Source: the human T2T-CHM13v2.0 reference genome, Homo sapiens
Strand: one strand, 5' to 3'
Length of the DNA stretch: 64,000 nt
Assembly (NCBI RefSeq): GCF_009914755.1
Contig: NC_060934.1
Part shown: piece after piece, positions 55,020-64,000 of the stretch
Position numbering within the stretch: the stretch's first letter is position 1
Layout: every line of letters begins with the position of its first letter
Program-made: the position numbers and the translations under genes
The notes under the pieces: model-generated
The model's database searches: none
What the model was told of the DNA's origin: nothing
Seen by the model: the letters and a program-made list of their open reading frames with translations, nothing else

Positions 55020-58000
55020 TTTAAAAAAAAATTAATCTTTTAAAAATTTATTTTAACTTTAGGGGTACAAGTGCAAGTTTGTTACATCAGTAAACTTGTG
55101 TCGTGGGGTTTGTTGTACAGATTATTTCACCATCCAGGAATTAAGCCTAGTACCCATTAGTTGTTTCTCCTGATCCTCTCTCTACTTCTACCCTCCACCC
55201 TCCAAAAGGACCCAGTGTGTGTTGTTTCCCTCTGTGTGTCCATATGTTCTCATCATTTAGCTCCCACTTAAAAGTGACAACATGTGGCGTTTGGTATTCT
55301 GTTCCTGTGTTAGTTTGCTAAGGATAATGGCCTCCAGCTCCAACCATGTCCCCACAAAGGACATGATCTTGTTCTTTCTTATGGCTGCATAGTATTCCAT
55401 GGTGTGTATGTACCACTTTTTGTTTATCCAGTCTGTCATTGATGGGCATTTAGTTTGATTCCATGTCTTTGCTACTGTGAATAGTGCTGTGATAAACATA
55501 TGCATGCATGTGTCTTTTTTGTAGAATTATTTATATTCCTTTGGGTATATACCCAGTAATGGGATTGCTGGGTCGAATGGTATTTCTATCTTTAGGTATT
55601 TGAGGAATCGCCATACTGTTTTCCATGGTGGCTGAACTAATTTACACCCCTACCAATAATATATAACATTTCTTTTTTTCCACAAACTCACCAGCACCTA
55701 TTTTTTTTTACTTTTTAATAATAGCCATTCTGACTGGTGTGAGATGGTATCTCATTGTGGTTTTGATTTACATTTCTCTAATGATCAGTGATGTTGAGCT
55801 TTTTTTCATTACATTATTGGCGGCATGTATGTCTTCTTTTGAAATTTGTCTGTTCATGTTCTTTGCCCACTTTTTAATGGAGTGGTTTGTTTCTTTTCTT
55901 GTAAATTTAAGTTCCTTATAGATGCTGGATATTAGACATTTGTCAGATGCATAGGTTGCAAAAATTTTCTCCCATTCTGTAGGTTGTCTGTTTATTCTGC
56001 TGGTAGTTTCTTTTGCTGTACAGAAGCTCTTTAGTTTAATTAGATCCCACTTGTCAACTTTTGCTTTTGTTGCAGTTATTTTGGTGTCTTCATTATGAAA
56101 TCTTTGCCCATGCCTATGCCCTGAATGATAGGTTGTCTTCCAGGGTTTTTATATTTTTTTGTTTTACATTTAAGCCTTTAACCCATCTTGAGTTAATTTT
56201 TGTATATTGTGTAAGGAAGGGGTCCAGTTTCAATCTTCTGCATATGGTTAGCCAGTTATCACAGCACCATTTATTTATGCTATTTATGAATAGGGAATCC
56301 TTTCCCCATTGCTTATTTTTGTCAGATTTGTCAAAGATTGGATAGTTGTAGGTGTGTGGTCTTATTTCTGGGTTCTCTATTATGTTCCATTGGTCTATGT
56401 GTCTGTTCTTATACCAGTACCATGCTGTTTTGGTTACTGTAGCCCTGTAGTATAGTTTGAAGTTGGGTAGCATGATGCCTCCAGCTTTGTTCTTTTTGCT
56501 TAGGATTGCCTTGGCTATTCAGGCTCTTTTTTGGTTCCATGTGAATTTTAAAATAGTTTCTTCTAGTTCTGTGAAGAATGTCAATGGTAGTTTAATAGAA
56601 ATAGCATTGAATCTATAAATTGCTTTGGGCAGTATGGCCATTTTCACAATATTGATTCTTCCTATCTATGAGCATGGAATGTTTTTCAATTTGTGTCATC
56701 TCTGATTTTTTTAAGCAGTGGTTTGTTGTTCTCCTTGTAGAGATCTTTCACCTCCCTAGTTAGCTGTATTTTTAGCTATTTTATTATTTTTATGGCAATT
56801 GTGCATGGGAGTTCATTTGTGATTTGGCTCTTGGCCTGACCCTTGTTGGTATATAGGAATTTGATTTTAGGCTAGTGATTTTTGCATATTGATTTTGTAT
56901 TCTGAGGTTTGCTGAAGTTATTTGTCAGCTTGAGAAGCTTTGGGGCTGAAACAATGGGGTTTTCTAGATATAGGATCCTGTCATCTAAAAACAGGGATAG
57001 TTTGACTTCCTCTTTTCCTATTTGAATGCACTTTATTTCTTTCGGTTGTCTAATTGCCCTGGCCGGAACTTTGAATACTATGTTGAATAGGAGTAGCCAG
57101 ACAGGGCATCCTTGTCTTGTGCCAGTTTTCAAGGGGAATGCTTCCATCTTTTGCTCATTCAGTATGATGTTGGCTGTGGGTTTGTCATATATCACTTTTA
57201 TTATTATTTTGAGGTATGTTCCTTCAATACCTAGTTTATGGAGAGTTTTAAACATGAATGGATGTTGAATTTTATTGAAAGCCTTTTCTGCATCTATTGA
57301 GTTAATTGTGGTTTTTGTCTTTAGTTTGTGTTTAGTTCTGTTTATGTGATAAATTACACTTACTGATTTGTGTATGTTGAACCAACCTTGCATCCCGGGG
57401 ATGAAGACCACTTGATGGTGGCAGATAAGCTTTCTGATGTGCTGCTGGATTTGGTTTGCCAATATTTTGTTGAGGATTTTTGCATCAATGTTCATCAGGG
57501 ATACTGGCCTGAATTCCTTTTCTGTTGTATTTCTGCTGGGTTTTGGTAGCAGAATGATGCTGGCCTCATAGAATGAATTAGGGAGGAGTCTCTCCTTTTC
57601 AGTTTTTTGGAATATTTCCAGTAGGAATGGTAGCAGCTCTTCTTTGTACAATTTCAGAACTCATTATTGGTCTGTTCAGGAATTCAGTTTCTTCCTAGTT
57701 CAGTCTTTGGAGGGTGTATGTGTCCAGAAATTTATCAATTTCTTCTAGATTTTCTAGTTTATAAGCATAAAGGTGTTTATAATATTCGCTGATGGTTGTT
57801 TGTATTTCTGTGAGGTCAGCGGTAATGTCCCCCTTATCATTTCTGATTGTGTTTGTTTGACCTTTTCAATTTTTTGGAATAGTTCCCGTAGGAATGGTCG
57901 CAGCTCTTCTTTGTACAATTTCAGAACTCGTTATTGGTTTGTTCAGGGATTCAGTTTCTTCCTGGTTCAGTCTTCGGAGGGTGTATGGGTCCAGGAATTT

Positions 58001-61000
58001 ATCAATTTCTTCTAGATTTTTTAGTTTATAAGCATAGAGGTGTTTATAATATTCTCTGATGGTTGTTTGTATTTCTGTGAGGTCAGTGGTAGTGCCCTCC
58101 TTATCATTTCTGATTGTGTTTGTTTGAATCTTCTTTATTAGTTTAGCTAGTTGTCTATATATTTTATTATTTTTTTCAAAAGCAAGCTCCTGGATTCATT
58201 GATCTTTTCAATGGTTTTTCATGTCACGATCTCCTTTAGTTCAGCTCTGATTTTTGTTATTTCTTGTCTTCTAGCTTTGGGATTTGTTCCCTCTTGGTTC
58301 TCCAGTTCTTTTAGTTGTGATGTTAAGTTGTTAACCTGAGATCTTTCTAACTTTTTGATATGGGCATTTAGTGCTATAAATTTCCCTCTTAACACTGCCT
58401 TAGCAGTGTCCTGGAGACTCTGTTACATTGTATCTTTGCTTTCATTAGTTTCAAAGAACTTGATTTCTGCCTTAATTTCATTATTTGAGATTCTGGTACA
58501 TTGTATCTTTGCTGTCATTAGTTTCAAGTAACTTCTTGATTTCTGACTTAATTTCATTATTTACTCCAAAGTAATTCAGGAGCAGGTTATTCAATTTCCA
58601 TGCAATTGTATGGTTTTGAGTGAATTTCTTAGTCTTGAGTTCTAATTTGATTGTGCTGTGGTCCAAGAGACTGTTTGTTACTATTTCAGTTCTTTTGCTT
58701 TTGCTGAAGAGTGTTTTACTTCCGATTATATGATCAATTTTAAGAGTACATGTTTTGTGGCAATGAGAAGAATGTATATTCTGTGATCCAGTGTTGTGTA
58801 TATATTTGATCCAGTGCTGAGTTCAGGTCCTGAGTATCTTTGTTAATTTTCTGTCTCAATGATCTAATATTGTCAGTGGGGTGTTAAAGTCTCCCACTAT
58901 TATTGTGTGGGAGTCTTAAGTTTCTATTAGGGTCTCTAAGAACTTGCTTTATGAATCTGGGTGTTCCTGTGTTGGGTATATATATATTTAGAATAGTTAG
59001 ATCTTGTTGAATTGAACCCTTTACCATTATGTAATGCCCTTTGTCTTTTTTAATCTTTGTTGTTTTAAAGTCTGTTTTGGCAGAAATTGAGATTGCAACC
59101 TCTGCTTTTTTTTTTTCCTCCATCCTTTTATTTTGAGTCTATGTGTGTCTCTCCATGTGAGGTAGGTCTCTTGAATATAGCACATCGATGAATTTTGACT
59201 CTTTCTCCAGCTTGCCATTCTGTGTCTTTTAATTGGGGCATTTAGCCCATTTGCATTTAAGGTTAGTATTGATATGTGAGGATCTGATCCTGTCATCATG
59301 ATGTTAGCTGATTATTTTGCAGACATGTTTATGTAGTTCCCGTATAGTGTCACTGGTCTGTGTACTTCAGTGTGTTTCTGTAGTGGCTGGTAATAGTCCT
59401 TCTTTGCCATATGTAGTGTGTCCTTCAGGAGTCTTGTAAGGCAGGTCTGGTGGTAATGAATTCCCTTAGCATTTGCTTGTCTGAAAGAATCTATTTCTCC
59501 TTTGCTTGAAGCTTAGTTTGGCTGGATATGAAATTCTGGGTTGGAATTTCTTTTCTTTAAGAATGTTGAATATTGGCCCCCAATCTCTTCTGGCTTGTAG
59601 GGTTTCTGCTGAGAGGTCCATTATTAGTCTGATTGTCTTCCCTTTGAAAGTGACCTGGCCTTTCTTTCTCACTGTCTTTAATATTTTTTCTTCGTTTCGA
59701 CCTTGGATAATCTGATGATTATGTGTCTTGGGGATGTTCTTCTCATGGAGTATCTTACTGGGGTTCTCTGCATTTCCTGAATTTGAAGGTTGGCCTGTCT
59801 AGCTAGGTTGGGTACATTCTCATGGATGATATCCTAAAATATGTTTTCCAAATTGGTTCCATTCTCCTCATCTCTTTCAGGTATACCAGTCAGTGGTAGA
59901 TTCAGTCTCTACATAATCCCGTATTTCTTGGAGGTTTTGTTCATTTCTTTTCATTCTTTTTTTCTCTATTCTTCTCTGCCTGTCTTATTTCAGAAACACA
60001 GTCTTTAAGCTCTGAGATTCCTCTACGTGGTCTATTCTGATATTAATACTTTTTATTCCGTTATGAAATCCTTGTAGTGTGTTTTTTGTCTCTGTCAGGT
60101 TGGTTACAGTACTCTCTACTGGCTGTTTTGTCTGTCAGCTCCTGCAATGTTTTAGCGTGATTTTTAGCTTCCTTGCTTGGGTTATAATGTACTCCTTTAG
60201 CTCAGAAAGTTTGGTTTTATCCATATTCTGAATTCTACTTCTGTCATTTCAGCCATGTTGTCCTCAGCCCAGTTCTGAACACTTGCTGGAGAGGTGATAC
60301 AGTCATTTGGAGGAAAGAGGGCACTCTGGCTTTTTGAGTTTTCAGTGTTCTTGTGTTGATTCTTTCTCATCTTTGTGGGCTTATCTACCTTCAGTATTTG
60401 AGGTTGCTGTTTTGTTTTTTTTTTCCTATTTTTAAAATCTGGCTACTTTTCTGTAGTGCTGCTATGGTTTGCTAGGGGTCTGCTCCAGTCCCTAGTGGCC
60501 TTGGATTTTTCAGTATCTGGAGGTATCACCAGTGAAGGCTACAAAGCAACAAAGATGGCAGTGTACCCCTTCCTGTGGGAGTCCCATCCCGGGGAGTTAT
60601 GGACCTGTTGCCAGCCTGAATGCAGCGGTAGGAGGTAGCTGGAGACCCCAGTTGTGAGGTCTCACCCAGTCAGGAGGAACAACACAGGGGACCTGCTTAC
60701 AGAAGCAGTTTGGCCACATTTTTTAGAACAGCTGTACTGTGCTAGGGGTACCCCCTCTGCCCCCAGTTGGCTTGGGCTCTCCAAGCATGAAGCTGGAACA
60801 GCTAAGTCACCCAGACAGCAAAGATGGTGGCCCACCCCTCCTTCTGGGAACTCTCTCCCAGGAGGTTCTTAAATCTCTGTCAGCCAGAAAACACCAGTGG
60901 GGTGGCTGGAGGCCTGGGTTGGGAGGTCCCACCCAGTGAGGAGGAATGGATCCGGGATTCACTTAAAGAAGCAGTCTGGCCATGTTTTGGTAGAGCAGCT

Positions 61001-61724
61001 GTGCTGTGCTGGGGGATCCCTTCTGCCCCCGTGGGTTTGGACTCTCCAAAGCCCACAGGCTGGAACAGGAAAGATGGCAGCCACCCCTTCCCCCAGGAAC
61101 TGTGTCACAGCTCCATGCAACACTGTTGTCCGTGCCTGGCTGGAATTCCAAGCCAGTGTGTCATCCTGTGAGGTGCCGTGGAAGTGAGGCCCGCTGACCA
61201 TCACTGCTGAGCCCCATGGATTCAACCTCTTTCCTAGGGGTATGTATGGAGGTCTAACCTCCCTCTTTGCCTGAGTTGTAGTTACTTTTGCCAGGAAGCC
61301 CAGAGCTGGATTATGTAAAGCTCCTGGGTTTCTGTGTATGCCTGAGTGGCTGCTCTGCCAAGACTCCACATAGTTCTGTGTGTCGGACTGAAGGCCCTAG
61401 TGGAGTGGTTTCATGAAGGGTTCTCCTGACCCGGGAGTTGCAAAGATTGGTGGGGCAAGTGTGGTTTCCTTGGGTCACACATTCACTCCCTGCTTCCCTG
61501 GGCAGGGGAGATTCCCTTGACTCCGTGTGGCTCCCTGGTGGGCCATCATTTTGCCTTGCTTTTCTCTGTTCTCTGTGGGTCAGGTTGTTTCCTTGATTAG
61601 TCCCAATGCAGGTACCTGGATGTTTCAATTGAAAGTGCTGTATTTACTCGCCCCTTTCATTCCTGTCTTTGAGAGCCACGCACCCTAGCTGCTTCTAGTC
61701 AGCCATCTTGGCCGCTCCCTGCTT
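55020..61724 (-). mobile_element. Full-length older L1PA (roughly PA10-PA16), degenerate
   Basis: 5' end gggagcggccaagatggctgactagaagcagc, long 5'UTR, ORF1, endonuclease and RT fragments (GTRQGCP, SLFLDD), 3'UTR and T-rich tail; TSD caatattt(g/a)tttcttt at 55004-55019 and 61725-61740. Confidence 0.92.
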
Positions 61725-62211
61725 CAATATTTATTTCTTTATGTTTTGCAGACAGTAGTTAAATTGATGACATCTTGAATTTCCTGTGCAGTAATTTTAG
61801 AGCTCAAGTTCAAGTAAATTTTAACTTAAAATCATTTTGGTATTTCTTTACTTTTAACATTACCTCTTGGGCTAAATCAGCTGTACCCTCAGGTTGCCCT
61901 CAAGTTATTTGATCTCACCTGGATTTTGCCCCGACTCTCACAGCTGTGGTGTACCAGGCGTTCATTCACCAGTAGCAGTATTGCCAGGTTGCAACTGGGA
62001 TCACCAGCAGTTTTCATAGCTCACTAGTTGTCTATGGCGAGAATTCTTAGGTGATTAGCAAGCAAGAGATGAAGGAATATAAAAGCTGCATGATTTCACA
62101 AGGTTGGAAGTCTTGTTGCATTGAACTTTCAATGAAAGAAATTTTGTATACTTGAAAGAAATGTTTATTGTGTAGATGAAATAAATATTTTAGACCTCAG
62201 GGAAAAACTTC

Positions 62212-62310
62212 ATATATATATGTGTGTGTGTGTATATATATATATATGTGTGTGTGTGTATATATATGTGTGTGTATATATATGTGTATATATACACACA
62301 CATATATATG
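62212..62310. repeat. (TA)n/(TG)n compound microsatellite
   Basis: Read directly. Confidence 0.95.
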
Positions 62311-62642
62311 TAACAAATTAAAATGTTTAAAATGTTAAGTTACAAAGTTTCTTTTGTACCTTTCACCAGTTCCATCCCGGGCCTCCCTAGATTCAACTAG
62401 GGATGTACTAGTAACTGTTTCACTTCAAGCCAATGCCCTGCTCCGTATATTGATAGGACTTGCCTCTAACATTCTTTCCACGTATAGGGAGCTGTCCCAG
62501 CTGGTTTCTGGGGGATTGCTTTACATTTATATACATTTATACTGCTGGATCAGTGTAATCTTCAAGGTGAGGGTTTGCTTCATCTTATGAGTGTCATTTA
62601 GAACTTGCCCACACAATGCAAGACCAGTGAAAATCGCTAGGC

Positions 62643-62988
62643 CAGTGATTCTCATACTTGAATGTGCACAGAAATACTGGGAATGGTATTACATTGCAGA
62701 TTCTGGTTTAGTTAGTCTCAGGTGGGGTCTGAGATTCTGCATTTCTGAGTTTCCCAGGAGATGCAACTGGTCTGCAGACCACATTAGAGAAGCTTCAGGC
62801 TAGTAGTTCTCAACCCTGGTTTCATATTAGAATTATCTGAGGACTTTTAAAAAATACTGGTATCTGGGACCTATCTATAGTGATTCGGATTTAATTGTTC
62901 TAGGATGGGGCCTCAGCATGATATATAGATATATAAGATAGATATATAAGATTTGACACTAATGTGCAAATCGGTTTGGGAACCACTG
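62643..62988. mobile_element. Two adjacent MER5-type hAT MITEs
   Basis: cagtgattctca... and tagtagttctcaaccctgg...tttgggaaccactg termini. Confidence 0.6.
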
Positions 62989-63637
62989 TTACAAGCTCTG
63001 CACACTTTTGCTGTGATAGATAAAGATCTTCATGTGCAGATTTTGTAGTGATCTGGCAGGCACCTTACTGAGCTTTTATGATGTGAATGCACCTGCTTTG
63101 TGGATACAGTCCATAGAGAAGGGATTCCTCTTCACTACTAGATTCCCAGAGATGAGGTAGAGGTCGCTATCAGAGAAGCACACCTAAGGAAAAACAAATA
63201 GTCTTTTCATTAAAAAAAACAAAAACAAAAACCCAGCTATCGCTTGATATAGGAAAGAGGTTTGAAGTGATAAATGAATGCAAAGTTGGTATCTCTTGAT
63301 TCATGGGGTCCTTCTGTTTTCTGCATCCTTTCAGTAAGAGATCATGGGGAAAGTGTATTATATACACAACTTCAATGCTTCATGTTTTCTTCAAAGAAGT
63401 CTATATATTTACTTCTTACTATCTGTGTGTATATGTTTACCTATAAATATATGTACCTGAAAAATGTCTGTGTAGCCAGAATTCTAGTATTTATTTTTCC
63501 TTTGCTAATTATTTAGAAAAAACTTAGAGTATTTTCTATACAGTTACTTGTCCTAAAAACTAAGTGACTTGACATCTTGATGAAAGAACTGTTGTTATTC
63601 CTAAGTTCTTTCCATGCTAATGGCAGATGGATGATTC

Positions 63638-64000
63638 TTTTTTTTTTTATTTTAAACTTTTAATTTTTTTAAATTATTATTATACTTTTAAGTTTTAGGG
63701 TACATGTGCACAATGTGCAGGTTAGTTACATATGTATACATGTGCCATGCTGGTGTGCTGCACCCATTAACTCCCCCGAACAGGAACAGCTCCGGTCTAC
63801 AGCTCCCAGTGTGAGTGACGCAGAAGACGGGTGATTTCTGCATTTCCATCTGAGGTACTGGGTTCATCTCACTAGGGAGTACCAGACAGTGGGCGCAGGA
63901 CAGTGGGTGCAGCGCACCATGCGCGAGCTGAAGCAGGGCTAGGCATTGCCTCACTCGGGAAGCGCAAGGGGTCAGGGAGTTCCCTTTCCTGGTCAAGGAA
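63638..64000. mobile_element. Young L1PA with an inversion: antisense 3' end and tail (63638-63773) fused to a sense 5'UTR (63776 onward, runs off the window)
   Basis: ttattatactttaagttttagggtacatgtgcac...cacccattaactc joined to ccgaacaggaacagctccggtctacagctccc. Confidence 0.9.

Noticed and set aside
56872-57651. 259-aa reverse-transcriptase ORF
   Set aside because: A fragment of a degenerate L1 ORF2, flanked by stops and rearrangements; not a novel RT system.

Overview
Primate (human-like) genomic DNA, mostly interspersed repeats (Alu, L1, L2, MIR, MaLR/ERVL LTRs, hAT and mariner relics). No intact host protein-coding exon is recognisable. Two genic landmarks stand out. The first is an intronless retrocopy of NUDT9 (ADP-ribose pyrophosphatase) on the - strand at about 28.28-29.36 kb, with its own CpG-rich upstream region. 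The second is a roughly 1.8-kb CpG-island promoter at 38.25-40.0 kb with a probable + strand non-coding first exon ending at 38771. From memory this pair matches NUDT9P1 upstream of PCGF5 on human 10q23; that assignment is not verifiable here. The most notable observations are: (1) the NUDT9 retrocopy looks like a long-conserved retrogene disabled by only four lesions, with a MYB/RFX/CCAAT promoter signature; (2) a near-perfect 74-bp-arm fold-back hairpin at 49728-49899, plus three smaller perfect inverted repeats, two of them with template-switch signatures; (3) a 3'-truncated L1PA with an open, extended ORF0 pointing in the host-gene direction; (4) an L1 whose last ~95 bp are joined to its inverted 5'UTR; (5) a full-length old L1 with ordered internal deletion and duplication events. 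I found no evidence for a new multi-gene system. Repeat subfamily names are recognition by eye and boundaries are approximate.
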